Below, piece after piece: positions 1 through 10,019 of a DNA stretch of 64,000 nucleotides. Made by a program: the position numbers and the translations under genes. The stretch is from an uncultured Spirochaetota bacterium (GTDB lineage Bacteria; Spirochaetota; Spirochaetia; SZUA-6; Fen-1364). Each line of letters opens with the position of its first letter. The stretch's first letter is position 1. The stretch is taken from the NCBI GenBank assembly GCA_963820435.1, contig CAWGAC010000009.1:68991-132990 (forward strand). Direction: 5' to 3'. The notes below the pieces were generated by a model, which saw only the letters and a program-made list of their open reading frames with translations, had not been told where the DNA came from and did not search any database.

Positions 1-955
1 AAAACATCTCCCCGGGTTTTTCCGACATGAGCACATTTTTCAACATCGCGACGCCCTTGGAGAGCCCCTCGCCGATGGACATCATCGCATCCTCATGCTC
101 GATGGAGATGACGTAGTCATATCCCACCATTCGCAGCGCGCTCATTATGTCCTTCCAGGTCTTCTGATCGTGGCCGTAGCCGATGCTCCTGAATGTCCAG
201 GCTCGCCGGGGGATCTGGTCGTACGGCTTGTTGTCGTTGCACCCGTTCACCGACACGTTCAGCGGATCCACAAAGCAATCTTTTCCATGCACGTGAAAAA
301 TCGCATCTCCCAGCTTCCTGATTGCTGCCGGCAGGTCGACGCCATTCCAGAAAAGGTGGCTCGGGTCGAGATTGCAGCCCAGCATTGGGCCCACGGCCTC
401 TCGAAGCCGCAGCATCGTCTCAACATTATAGACAAGGAAACCAGGGTGCATTTCTACGGCGATCTTTATCCCGTTCTCCTGGGCAAACTTCCCCGCTCCT
501 TTCCAATACGGGATCGCCACCGTGTTCCACTGGTAGTCCAGCATCCTCAAGTTGTGCGGCGGCCATGGGCACGTCACCCAATTGGGACAGGTGTCCCCGG
601 GGGCCCCCGCGGGCAGACCGGATGCCACGTTTACCACCGGCACGCTCATGAGCGAGGCAAGCTTCACAGTCTTGCGGAATATTTCATCCGATTCACGGGC
701 CAGCGCCGGGTTGGGGCTGAGCGGCTCATAGTGGCAGCTGAACGCGCTGATGACAAGACCGCGTGACGTGACCGCGTTCATGTATTCTTTTCGCTTCGTT
801 TCCTTTCCCAAAAGCTCGTCGACCGGACAATGGCCGTTCCCCGGATAGCCGCCGGTCCCGATTTCCACTGCTGAAATGCCGGCAGCAACGACCCGATCCA
901 GGGCCTTCTCGAAAGGCATGTCCTGAAACAAGACCGTGAAAACTCCAATACGCAC
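1..955 (-). CDS. sugar phosphate isomerase/epimerase (xylose-isomerase-like TIM barrel); 3' end runs off the window
   Basis: Own minus-strand translation from GTG at 955 (GGAGG about 6 nt upstream): VRIGVFTVLFQDMPFEKALDRVVAAGISAVEIG...KIAVEMHPGF...NLDPSHLFW...VISIEHED. Absent from the ORF track because no stop lies inside the window. Confidence 0.85.
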   Translation of the reverse strand, partial: MRIGVFTVLFQDMPFEKALDRVVAAGISAVEIGTGGYPGNGHCPVDELLGKETKRKEYMNAVTSRGLVISAFSCHYEPLSPNPALARESDEIFRKTVKLASLMSVPVVNVASGLPAGAPGDTCPNWVTCPWPPHNLRMLDYQWNTVAIPYWKGAGKFAQENGIKIAVEMHPGFLVYNVETMLRLREAVGPMLGCNLDPSHLFWNGVDLPAAIRKLGDAIFHVHGKDCFVDPLNVSVNGCNDNKPYDQIPRRAWTFRSIGYGHDQKTWKDIMSALRMVGYDYVISIEHEDAMMSIGEGLSKGVAMLKNVLMSEKPGEMF

Positions 956-1003
956 GATGTCCTCCTTGTTGGACGCCCCATGGGCTCCCCCGTACCTGCT
1001 ATC

Positions 1004-2098
1004 TCAGTAACGTCCGACCCTATGACCTTCTTCGAGCATCGCGATGAGATTGCACGCGGGCACATATTCGGGTATCGAATTCCCTGAGCCGAGCGCCCAC
1101 CCCCCGCCGGGCGCGCAATTCTCGATGAGGAACCGCGTGTGGGCGCGGACATGCTCCAGATCCATCATGGAAAGCTTGACCATGTCGAACCCGCCGAGGT
1201 GCGCAATGCGGGACCCGTGGCGCTGCTTGGCCTCCCACACAGGCTCGATGACATCTTCGAAAGAATGTCGGGCGTCCCACCCCGTTGCGATTATCTCCTC
1301 GATGACCACGGAAAGGTTGCCGCAGGAATGCAGGATGATCGGTTTGCCGCGGGCATGCGCGGCGGCAACGATCCTCCGGTGCCACGGCAGCAGATGTGTG
1401 CGGAACACATCGGGTGGAATCAGGAGCTGAGTCTTGAATCCCAGGTCATCGCCGTACCGAAGCGCTCCGACGCAGTCGAACAAGGCAATAGTGTCGAAAT
1501 ACTCAAGAACCCGGGATCCGACGGCCTCGAACATGTCGCTGATCAGGCCCGGGTCGTCGTAAAGCAGGTAGGAGATTCCTTCGTATCCCAGAAGCCACAT
1601 GACGTTTTCGAACACTCCCGAGCTGTCTCCAATGACGCGCATCCCCTCCGGCAGGAGGCTGCCGGCGCGTTCAAATGCCGAGTAGTCGATTGAGCGCATG
1701 TCCGGCCAGGGGTATCGCTCGAAATCCTCTCGGCTCGCGATAGTTTTAAGTGCGTGTGTCATGTACGGTCGATCGCCCTCCGCTGTCCGCGCAATCGGCC
1801 TCTCTTTCTGAGGGAAGACAAATCCCGTCATGGACTCCCGCACTGCCGCGTAATCGTAGCCCATCCAGTATTGATGCCGGATGTGGGTGCGGAGATCGCG
1901 TTCCCAGGCGGTCTCCGCTCTATCGGGTTCTCGCATTCCCGGCATGAGAGGATCGCCGATCTCGCGCAGGACTTTGGCCTCTATATTGGAGAATATTTCA
2001 TAGAAGGGCACCCGATCCGGTGTTCCCTGGCGTCGAAGCACCTTTTCGAGCCGACTGAAGTCCGGATCTGCGCCCAGGGATAGATTGCGCGGTTTCAT
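1004..2098 (-). CDS. uroporphyrinogen decarboxylase (URO-D) family protein, MtaA/CmuA-like fold
   Basis: 364-aa ORF, intact. Length and overall pattern (…ILHSCGN…, C-terminal …GGGWALGSGNSIP…) resemble URO-D family members. Recognised from memory only. Confidence 0.7.
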   Translation of the reverse strand: MKPRNLSLGADPDFSRLEKVLRRQGTPDRVPFYEIFSNIEAKVLREIGDPLMPGMREPDRAETAWERDLRTHIRHQYWMGYDYAAVRESMTGFVFPQKERPIARTAEGDRPYMTHALKTIASREDFERYPWPDMRSIDYSAFERAGSLLPEGMRVIGDSSGVFENVMWLLGYEGISYLLYDDPGLISDMFEAVGSRVLEYFDTIALFDCVGALRYGDDLGFKTQLLIPPDVFRTHLLPWHRRIVAAAHARGKPIILHSCGNLSVVIEEIIATGWDARHSFEDVIEPVWEAKQRHGSRIAHLGGFDMVKLSMMDLEHVRAHTRFLIENCAPGGGWALGSGNSIPEYVPACNLIAMLEEGHRVGRY

Positions 2099-2117
2099 GC
2101 TGCCGCTCTATTGGTCG

Positions 2118-3281
2118 CTACACCCTTAGCCACACCGAGCCGCGCTTGGCCGACTCCCCTGCTGTGATCACGAACCTCATGCCGCGCAGCCCATCATAGA
2201 CAGTTGGGAAATTGTATTCGGCGGTTTTCATCGGCTTCCCATCGATGAACAGGCGGATGGCCTCCACGACCCCGCAGTAGATGTTGGCGAATGCCTCCAG
2301 ATAGCCCTCGGGATGTCCAGTTGGCACACGAGTGCTCCACGTCGCAAAATCCGACAGGTATTCCTTGTGGGCGCGAGAAATTGTCTGGCGAGGTTGATTA
2401 TAATGGTATATTTGCATATAGTTCGGATTCTCCTGTGCCCAGAGAATGCCGCCTTTTTCCGCGTAGATGCGAATGGTAAGACCATTCTCTTCGCCTGTGG
2501 CCACCTGACTGACCGTCATCATCCCCTTCCCGCCACCCGAAAGACGCAGAAGGAGATTTGCATCCTCTTCCAGCACTCGATCCGGCAAGAAGGTCGTGAA
2601 GTCCGCACACACCTCAGAAATGCTTTCCCCCGTGATGTATTCAAGAAGGTTCTCGCAGTGGGTGCCTGCGTCCCCCATGGTCCCGACCAGCCCCGCCTGC
2701 TTCGGGTCCGTCCTCCAGACGGCCTGCTTGTTGCCCTGCTTCTCCTGGGGCACCATCAAGAAGTCCTGCAGGTATTCCACGAGCACCTTGCGCACTTTTC
2801 CCATCTGCCCGCTGCGGAAGAGCCCGCGGGCATGGCGGATCAGGGGATGGCCGGTGTAGTTGTGGGTGAGGCAAAACACCCGCCCCGTCTTCTCCACCAG
2901 CTTCACCAGCTCCTGGGCCTGTTCCAGATTGTAGGTCATGGGCTTGTCCATGACCACGTGGATGCCCTTGTTCAGAAACGTCTTCGCGATGTCGAAATGC
3001 GACACGTTCTGCGTGACGACGGAAACGAAATCGATGCGCTTCTCCGGAGGCAGCGCAGCCTCTTTCTCAGCCATTTCCTGCCATGTCGCGTAGACGCGCG
3101 CGGGGTCGAGATAGAGCTGCGCCCCGGTTACCCGCGAGTTCTCGAGGTCGCGAGAGAAGCATCCTGCGACGAACTCGACCTGCCCATCCAGGTTTGCCGC
3201 CATCCTGTGAACCCAGCCGATGAATGCGCCCTGACCTCCCCCGACCATCCCCATGCGGAGCTTTCGTTTCCATGTTTCCAT
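2118..3281 (-). CDS. Gfo/Idh/MocA family oxidoreductase
   Basis: 387 aa. N-terminal Rossmann MGMVGGGQGAFIG, then DFVSVVTQNVSHFDIAKTFLNKGIHVVMDKP, typical of the family. Confidence 0.9.
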   Translation of the reverse strand: METWKRKLRMGMVGGGQGAFIGWVHRMAANLDGQVEFVAGCFSRDLENSRVTGAQLYLDPARVYATWQEMAEKEAALPPEKRIDFVSVVTQNVSHFDIAKTFLNKGIHVVMDKPMTYNLEQAQELVKLVEKTGRVFCLTHNYTGHPLIRHARGLFRSGQMGKVRKVLVEYLQDFLMVPQEKQGNKQAVWRTDPKQAGLVGTMGDAGTHCENLLEYITGESISEVCADFTTFLPDRVLEEDANLLLRLSGGGKGMMTVSQVATGEENGLTIRIYAEKGGILWAQENPNYMQIYHYNQPRQTISRAHKEYLSDFATWSTRVPTGHPEGYLEAFANIYCGVVEAIRLFIDGKPMKTAEYNFPTVYDGLRGMRFVITAGESAKRGSVWLRV

Positions 3282-3306
3282 GACTCTCCCCTCGACGCTT
3301 TTGCGC

Positions 3307-4281
3307 CTATTCTTTCCGCTGCACGAGCACGGCCACGATGATGATGATCCCCTTCACCGTCCCGGCGAGGAAGGGGGAGACTCCCATCAGCGTGAGCATG
3401 TTGCTGAGAATCCCGAGAATCAGCACTCCAAAAAACGTACCCACGACGCTTCCCTTGCCGCCGGTCATTCGCGTCCCGCCAATGATGACCGCCGCGATCG
3501 CATCCAGCTCGTAGCCGTTGCCCGAGCTGGCGGCAGAAACAGAATTGAGTCGTGACGTTTCCACCATGGCCGCGCACGCCACCATGGCTCCCCCGATCAT
3601 GTAGGTGATCAGCTTGATCCTGTTGACGTTGATCGCCGAGAGGTGAGAAGCCCGTTCGTTGGATCCGATCGAGTAGATGTAGCGTCCCAGCGGGATTTTC
3701 TGAGAGAACACGAAGACAATGGCAGTCAGCAGGATGAAGTAGATCACCGGATAAGAGATCCCGAGAAAATCCCCGTTCGAGATGACCCAGTACTCCTTCA
3801 CGTTCGCACTGATGCCCCCCCCGTTGAGAACATACAGCGCGAGTGAGCGGCACGTCGCCATGACGCCGAGGGTGGCGATGAAGGGTGTAACCTTCCCGCG
3901 AGTAATAATCATGCCGTTGACGCCGCCGATGACAATTCCGCTGGCGAGAGTGGTAATGAGCCCAAGGGGTATGCTTCGTGTCTCATTCAACACCCAGATC
4001 CCCGCTGCCCCTACCAAAACGAGCGAAGAGCCGACTGAAAGGTCGATTCCACCGGAGATGATGATCAGAGTCATTCCAAGAGAGATGATGCCGATGATCG
4101 ACGCCGTGCGAAGAATGTTGATGATGTTCGCCTGGCTCATGAAGTTGTCGCCGGCGAGGATCGTCGCGATGACCACCATCGCCACGAAAGCGACAATGAC
4201 GCTGTTCTCTCCGAGGAACTTCACCACGGGCCCCGCGATACGATGCTGCCGAACAATGGCGTACGTTGATTTCAGGCTCAT
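3307..4281 (-). CDS. CUT2 (ribose/RbsC-type) sugar ABC transporter permease
   Basis: 324 aa, multi-TM, GGIDLSVGS motif. 4-nt overlap with the upstream ATPase gene. Confidence 0.9.
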   Translation of the reverse strand: MSLKSTYAIVRQHRIAGPVVKFLGENSVIVAFVAMVVIATILAGDNFMSQANIINILRTASIIGIISLGMTLIIISGGIDLSVGSSLVLVGAAGIWVLNETRSIPLGLITTLASGIVIGGVNGMIITRGKVTPFIATLGVMATCRSLALYVLNGGGISANVKEYWVISNGDFLGISYPVIYFILLTAIVFVFSQKIPLGRYIYSIGSNERASHLSAINVNRIKLITYMIGGAMVACAAMVETSRLNSVSAASSGNGYELDAIAAVIIGGTRMTGGKGSVVGTFFGVLILGILSNMLTLMGVSPFLAGTVKGIIIIVAVLVQRKE

Positions 4282-5816
4282 GAGCGGATCCTTTCCTGCC
4301 GTGCAGGATCCGCCCGATTCTTCGCTCCCGTGGCATACATCATGATGCTTTCCTCCGTTGCGTCGGCGCGATCGAGAATCGTCGCGAGCTGACCGTGGAA
4401 CATGACAGCCACCCGATCACACACTTTCAGGATCTCGGGCACTTCGGAGGAGAGGAAGATGATTGACTTCCCCTCTGTGGCCATTCGCATCATGAGGTGA
4501 TAGATCTCGGCCTTTGCCCCGACATCGATGCCCTGCGTGGGGTTGTCAAGGATCATGATGCGCGAGCCCGCTTCGATCCATTTCGCAAGAACAACCTTTT
4601 GCTGGTTGCCGCCGCTGAGGGATGTGATCGGCGTGTTGACGCTTTGCACTTTTATGTTGAGATTCTCCACGTGCTGCTCGGTCCGCCGCGTCTCCCGCCG
4701 CGCATCGATGAAGGGGCCGCGTGTGAATCCCTTCAGCCGGGCCAAAGTGGTATTTGCGCGAACAGAAAAATCCTTGATGAGCGCGTTCTCCTTGCGGTTT
4801 TTCGGCGCAAGTCCTATGCCGACAGCTAGCGCTTTCTCGGGGTGAGTAATCGATCGGTTTGTCCCGTCCACGAGGATCTGCCCGCCTGATTTCCGTCGGG
4901 AGCCGATAATGCACTCGAAAAGCTCCGTGCGGCCGTCGCCCACGAGTCCTGTGAAGCCGAGGATTTCCCGCCTTTGCAGGCTGAAGCTGACGTCACGAAA
5001 GCATCCCTCGCTGGAAAGATGATCGACAGCGAGAACTACCTCACCCGGCTCTCTCGGCTTGTAATAGTGTTGAACCGCCATTTCCCGGCCCACCATCATC
5101 CGGGCAAGATCTTCTTCCGTCACACCGTCCCCGACCCTGCCGCTCGCTGCAATCGCGCCGTCGCGCAAAACGGTGTAGCCATCGCACACGGTCAGAACTT
5201 CCTTCAACTTGTGCGAGATGAAGACGACGGCGACCCCCTGCTCGCGCAGGGCGCCCATGATGGTGAAGAGATGGCGAATTTCATGCTCGGTGAGTGACGT
5301 GGTCGGCTCGTCCATGATGAGGATCTTCGCCTTCTGCAGAAGGGCGCGGCCGATTTCCACGACCTGCTTGTAGGAGGCATCCAGTTTCCCGACAATTTCC
5401 CGTGGATCGATGGTGACGTCCAGCTGGCTGAGAATCTCCCTGGTCTTCGCACACATGGCCTCTTCTGCAACGAACCCGAAGCGGGTGCGCAGCTCTTCCC
5501 CCAGGAAGAAGTTCTCATAGACGCGAAGGTCGTTGACGAGGTTCAACTCCTGGTGAATGAAACTGATACCGAGCCGTCGGGAAGCCGCCGGGTTCGGAAT
5601 TGCCACCCTGACCCCCGACAGGAAGATCTCCCCCGCGTCGGGCGGGAGGACGCCGCCGAGAATATTCATCAGGGTGGTCTTCCCGGCGCCGTTTTCGCCG
5701 ATCAGCGCGTGGATCTCCCCCACCTCCAGAGAGAAATCAACCCCGCGGAGTGCCGGCTGCCCGAGGAAGGACTTATTTATCCTCTTCATCTCCAGGGTCT
5801 TGCCTTCCATCATCAC
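4278..5816 (-). CDS. CUT2 sugar ABC transporter ATP-binding protein (tandem NBDs)
   Basis: 512 aa. Walker A GENGAGKTT, signature LSGGNQQKV in NBD2, duplicated NBD layout as in RbsA/MglA. Confidence 0.95.
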   Translation of the reverse strand: MMMEGKTLEMKRINKSFLGQPALRGVDFSLEVGEIHALIGENGAGKTTLMNILGGVLPPDAGEIFLSGVRVAIPNPAASRRLGISFIHQELNLVNDLRVYENFFLGEELRTRFGFVAEEAMCAKTREILSQLDVTIDPREIVGKLDASYKQVVEIGRALLQKAKILIMDEPTTSLTEHEIRHLFTIMGALREQGVAVVFISHKLKEVLTVCDGYTVLRDGAIAASGRVGDGVTEEDLARMMVGREMAVQHYYKPREPGEVVLAVDHLSSEGCFRDVSFSLQRREILGFTGLVGDGRTELFECIIGSRRKSGGQILVDGTNRSITHPEKALAVGIGLAPKNRKENALIKDFSVRANTTLARLKGFTRGPFIDARRETRRTEQHVENLNIKVQSVNTPITSLSGGNQQKVVLAKWIEAGSRIMILDNPTQGIDVGAKAEIYHLMMRMATEGKSIIFLSSEVPEILKVCDRVAVMFHGQLATILDRADATEESIMMYATGAKNRADPARQERIRS

Positions 5817-5854
5817 CTCTCACCGCCCGTGGAAAGAGCGGCGGGCCTTCAGCC

Positions 5855-6805
5855 TCAGTAGGGCGAATTGGCGTCGATATATTGAGCAACGTTATCCTTG
5901 GTCACCGCATTCGCCGGAACGATGATCGACTTCTGATCGGGCATCTTGCCGTTCATGATGTCGACCGCGTACTTCACTGCGTCCTTCACCATGAGAGGAG
6001 AATAGAGGAACGATGCAAGAGTGATGGGTCCGCCCGCCTGGATCTGTTTGAAGTACTCCTGCGCACCGCCCGCTCCGGTTTCGATCTTGATATCCTTGCG
6101 CTTGTTCTCTGCGATTGCCTGCAGGACTCCGATGGAAAGCTCATCGTCGATCGTAAACACCGCGTCGATGTGCTTCTCGGCATTGAGCAGGTCGCTCATG
6201 ATCTTCAGCCCGGCTTCTTTGGAGCTGTTCTCCGCGCCGACCTCCTTGGCGATCTTGATGTTGGGGAACGACTGCGTCATGGTGTCCTTGAACGCGTTCA
6301 CTCTGTCAGTATGCACGGAACCGTACGCAGGGACTCCGATCGATACGACAATGCCCTTCCCGCCGAGCTTCTCGCCGATGAACTTCGCGCCGTTCACGCC
6401 AATGCCTGCATTGTCGCCGCCCAGGTAGAAGGTGGGCTCCAGCTCTACCTTGCGATCGAAGATAATAAGCGGGATCTTTGCGTTGAGGACCCTCTGGGCA
6501 GCCGGAGTGAGCGGCTTGGTATCCGACGGCAGCATGACAATCGCGCTCACTTTCTGCGCAATGAGGTCATCCACTTTCGCGGACTGCTCATTGGGGTTTG
6601 CACCGGTTGTCAGGATGTACTTGACCCCAAGCTGTTCTGCCTGGTTCTTCGCGTTGTAGATTACCGCCGCTACCCAGCCGTGGTCAGCCGCCGGGAAGCT
6701 CATTCCCAGCACCTTTTCCTTCGGCTTGGCAGGCCCGCAGCTGGTGATGACCAGCACGGTCGCGATCAATGCGACCGCCACCAGAATCGAAACTCCTTTT
6801 CTCAT
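5855..6805 (-). CDS. periplasmic sugar-binding protein (RbsB-like, lipoprotein-type signal)
   Basis: ORF 5855..6862. I place the start at the second Met (6805) because MRKGVSILVAVALIATVLVITSCG is a lipoprotein-like signal peptide. Confidence 0.9.
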   Translation of the reverse strand: MRKGVSILVAVALIATVLVITSCGPAKPKEKVLGMSFPAADHGWVAAVIYNAKNQAEQLGVKYILTTGANPNEQSAKVDDLIAQKVSAIVMLPSDTKPLTPAAQRVLNAKIPLIIFDRKVELEPTFYLGGDNAGIGVNGAKFIGEKLGGKGIVVSIGVPAYGSVHTDRVNAFKDTMTQSFPNIKIAKEVGAENSSKEAGLKIMSDLLNAEKHIDAVFTIDDELSIGVLQAIAENKRKDIKIETGAGGAQEYFKQIQAGGPITLASFLYSPLMVKDAVKYAVDIMNGKMPDQKSIIVPANAVTKDNVAQYIDANSPY

Positions 6806-6944
6806 TGCCGACTCCTTGGAAAACCATGGCGTAATGCCGCCATATGAATTTAGTCCATCCATGCGGACGGACTCCTCGCGCCCTCAGAGAGCGTTCTGCT
6901 GCCTTCGCAGCTTCACAACGATACTTGTTTCATCAAGCAGCACA

Positions 6945-8176
6945 TCATCCCAGCTGATGACGGCTCCCCTGTTCCACCGGCTTCGCAATCTTCGCTCCGG
7001 GTGCAAGCCCCACGGGAAGCGCGTTGAGCTTCATCGCCTCATCGGCCCTGTCCATGCTGCCGTGGAAGGTGTAGCCGCCGAACGCGTCGAGGGTCTCGCC
7101 CGGGGCGAGATCCTTCTTCGCGATTGTGAGCACCTCCACCACCGGCCGGTCCAGCGGCACCAGCCAGGGCTCGCCATAGAGATGTGCGCGGGCCACTGAG
7201 ATCGGCGCTTCGATGAACCACAGGTGATAGGGTCGGAAGAAGGTCGTGTATCGCCCCTTGCCTGCCTTCAGGTACCTCAAATCCTCTGCGATACGCGCGT
7301 TGTCCACGCGCACGGTGAGGAAAACGCCGCCGGACATGTCGCTCCCCTGCACGAAGTCCACGACGCCGGGGAAGGGGCAGATCCCCCCGTCCTCTTTCAG
7401 TGAAAAGATGTCGCTCACTGTCTGTCTGCTCGCCTCCGGGCCCACCATTCCCCGCTTGATGGGCAGGCATCCGGTGGCATTTGCCACGCAGGTCATCTCG
7501 AACATGGTCTTGGTGCCATCGACGTATGAGGCAATCTGGTAGGGATCCTTGTCGTCCCTGCGTGCGGACTCGGCAACCGTGTCAGGGGTCGCCGACGGTG
7601 TTCAGGGCATTATTCTTTCCCTTTCCAATGGCGATGGGCTGGAAGCCCGAGAGTCTGCACGTAGTCCCAGAGCTCCATAAGGCAGCCCGGCTCGTCCCCA
7701 TTGGAAACGGTGTACAGAATGCCCGCCTCGTCGGACAGCTTCTTGAGAATCCTCCCCACCGTGACATCTGCCTCGATATTCACCATTACTACGTTTTTCC
7801 TGTTCTGGATGCAGGACCATGCCGTCTCCGCCCCAATGGCCGGAGAGGGAGTGACGTCGACCACGATGTCCACATCTCGAAGCTGGGCAGCCAGGCTATA
7901 TGAGCCGGTGACAACCCGCTTGCCCTTTCGCAGCGCATCCTGCGCCTTGGAAACGCTTTCGGCCTCCACGATGGCGTCCGCCGGGACGCCGGTGGACTCG
8001 AAAACCTGCCGCGCCAGTGCAGTGTCCGTGTCTGCCAGGACGGTGACCTCCATGCCCTTCATGCGGGAGACCTGGGTGACGAAGCCGCCGCCAATCCAGC
8101 CGGCGCCGCTCACCGCCGACCCTGATGGCGCTTGCCGTCGGCTCTCCCTTTTCGACAGATCCTGTAATAGCGACAT
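6945..8176 (-). pseudogene. NAD(P)-binding oxidoreductase with C-terminal SAF domain (homoserine-dehydrogenase-like); frameshifted
   Basis: Pieces come from ORFs 7610..8374, 7582..7767 and 6945..7505: MSLLQDLSKRE…SGAGWIGGGFVTQV…EPGCLMELWDYVQTLG|FQPIAIGKGKNNALNTV|ATPDTVAESARRDDKDPYQIASYVDGTKTMFEMTCVANATG… The frame changes at about 7647 and 7592, each explained by one extra C in a C run on the + strand. Confidence 0.7.
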
Positions 8177-8178
8177 CC

Positions 8179-9161
8179 TCATCCCTTTCGTTTTCGCGGC
8201 AACGGCCTCTCGAGCTGCATGCACGATGTCAGCGGCTGCGAACTTGTGTCGGACCATAAGCTCCTCCACCGAGCCTGATTCCATGTGTGCGTCCCGGATG
8301 CCGATGAATCGCATCGGAACCGGATGCTCCTCCGCCACAATTTGCGCGATCGCGGCCCCCATGCCGCCGCGCACCAGGTGCTCTTCCGCGGTGACGATGG
8401 CGCCCGGTCTCCCGCGCCGCCGCCAGGACGGCCTGCCTGTCGATGGGCTTCACGCTGAGCATATCCAGGACGCGCGCATCGATTCCCTGTTCCCGCAGCA
8501 TTTCCGCGGCATCGAGGGCGACCCCGACCATCATGCCGCACGCAGCAAGGGTCACGTCCTTGCCTTTGCGCACCGTATTGGCCTTTCCGAAGGAGAACGG
8601 GCACCTGCCATCCGCGTACACTTGCGGAAACTCCCCGCGGCTGGATCGGATATACACAGGGCCTCGATGCGCGGCCGCGGCCTTCACCGCCGCCGCCATC
8701 GAGGCCTCGTCGCTGGGAACGAGGATGGTGAAGCTCGGGAGCCCTCCCACCAGCGCGAGGTCCTCGATGCTCGTGAGATGTCGGTCCCTCGCGGCCGGTG
8801 GAAATACCGGCGTGGCTGCCCAGCAGCTTCACGTTCAGGCCCTGCGATGGAGACCTGCAGGCGCAGCTGGTCGTACGCATTGGGAAGCAGGAAGCAGGGA
8901 AGGCTCCCGACGAAGGGTATGAAGCCGTTCGCGGCGAAGCCCGCACTGACCCCGACGAGGTTCGCTTCCGCGATCCCGAGGTTGAAAAACCGATCCGGGA
9001 AACTCTTCCGCATCCCGGCCATGCCGGTGGAGCTGGAAAGGTCGCCGTCAAGCGCAATGACGCGGTCGTTGACTCGGGCAAGCCTCGAGCAGCGCATCGC
9101 CAAAGGCATCCCGCATCTGCCTTGTCCCCGGAGGAAGACCGGCTTTCTCACCGATTCGCAT
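8179..9161 (-). pseudogene. transketolase, C-terminal (pyrimidine-binding) subunit; multiply frameshifted
   Basis: MRDAFGDALLEA|ARVNDRVIALDGDLSSSTG…FFNLGIAEANLVG…QLRLQVSIAG|LNVKLLGSHAGISTGREGPT|LTSIEDLALVGGLPSFTILVPSD…ARETG|AIVTAEEHLVRGGMG… Shifts lie near 9080, 8841, 8778 and 8394. The expected stop (TGA, 8179-8181) is reached only if one T is removed from the T4 run at 8191-8194. Confidence 0.8.
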
Positions 9162-10000
9162 TGAGGATCTCCTCCCGGGCCTGCTTCAGTTGCTCGCCGA
9201 CTGGGCGATCTGCGCATGGAACGTGTAATCCTTCTCCATGAAAGAGACGCCCTTTCCCTTCTTCGTGTGCGCGATCACCACCTGCGGCTTGCCCTTGATC
9301 TCCCGGGCGCGGCTCAAAGCGCCGCGCAGCTCCGCCATGTCGTGGCCGTCCGCCTCCTCGACGTGCCAACCGAAGGCCCTCCATTTTTCGGCAAAGGGTT
9401 CGAGAGCCATCTCACGCGCGATGGGTCCGGTCTGCTGGTACTTGTTGTAGTCCACAATCGCGGTCAGGCTGTCCGCCTTGAAATGGGCTGCCGCCATCGC
9501 AGCCTCCCATACCTGGCCCTCGTCGCATTCGCCGTCCCCGGTGAGCACGTAGACCCGGTACTCCTTCCTCGCCAGGCGTCCCGCCAGCACGCTGCCGAGG
9601 CCGAAGGAGAGCCCCTGTCCGAGGGAGCCGCTGGTCACCTCGACGCCGATGGAGATGTCCTGCTTCGGATGTCCGTGGTACGGAGAGTCCATGACGCGGA
9701 ACCGCGCAAGCTCGGAGAGCGGGAAGTAGCCGGCGCGAGCCAGCACGGCGTACAATGCAGGGGCGGCATGGCCTTTGCTCAGGATGAATCGATCCCGATC
9801 CGGCCAATCGGGCTGCCCGCGGCCTCTACCCGCAGGATCCCCCCGTGATAGAGCACAGTGAGGATCTCGACTGCCGAGAAGCAGCTGGTGGGATGCCCCC
9901 CCATGCGCGAGGTCATTTCCAGGACGTCCAGGCGCACTCTCCTGGCGATCTCCGCCAAAGCTTCGCCGTCAAACGTCTCCGAGTTCAGATGCGCTGCCAT
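9148..10000 (-). pseudogene. transketolase, N-terminal (TPP-binding) subunit; frameshifted
   Basis: MAAHLNSETFDGEALAEIARRVRLDVLEMTSRMGGHPTSCFSAVEILTVLYHGGILRV|…DWPDRDRFILSKGHAAPALYAVLARAGYF…LTGDGECDEGQVWEA…GKGVSFMEKDYTFHAQIA|PVGEQLKQAREEILNANR. Shifts at about 9822 and 9204. Confidence 0.8.
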
Positions 10001-10019
10001 GCCCCCTCCTGCTCGGGCC

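Noticed and set aside
7610-8374. Apparent in-frame fusion of the transketolase C-terminus to the SAF-dehydrogenase N-terminus
   Set aside because: Removing one base from a T4 run (8191-8194) restores a normal stop, RBS and ATG junction. A fusion protein is not supported.
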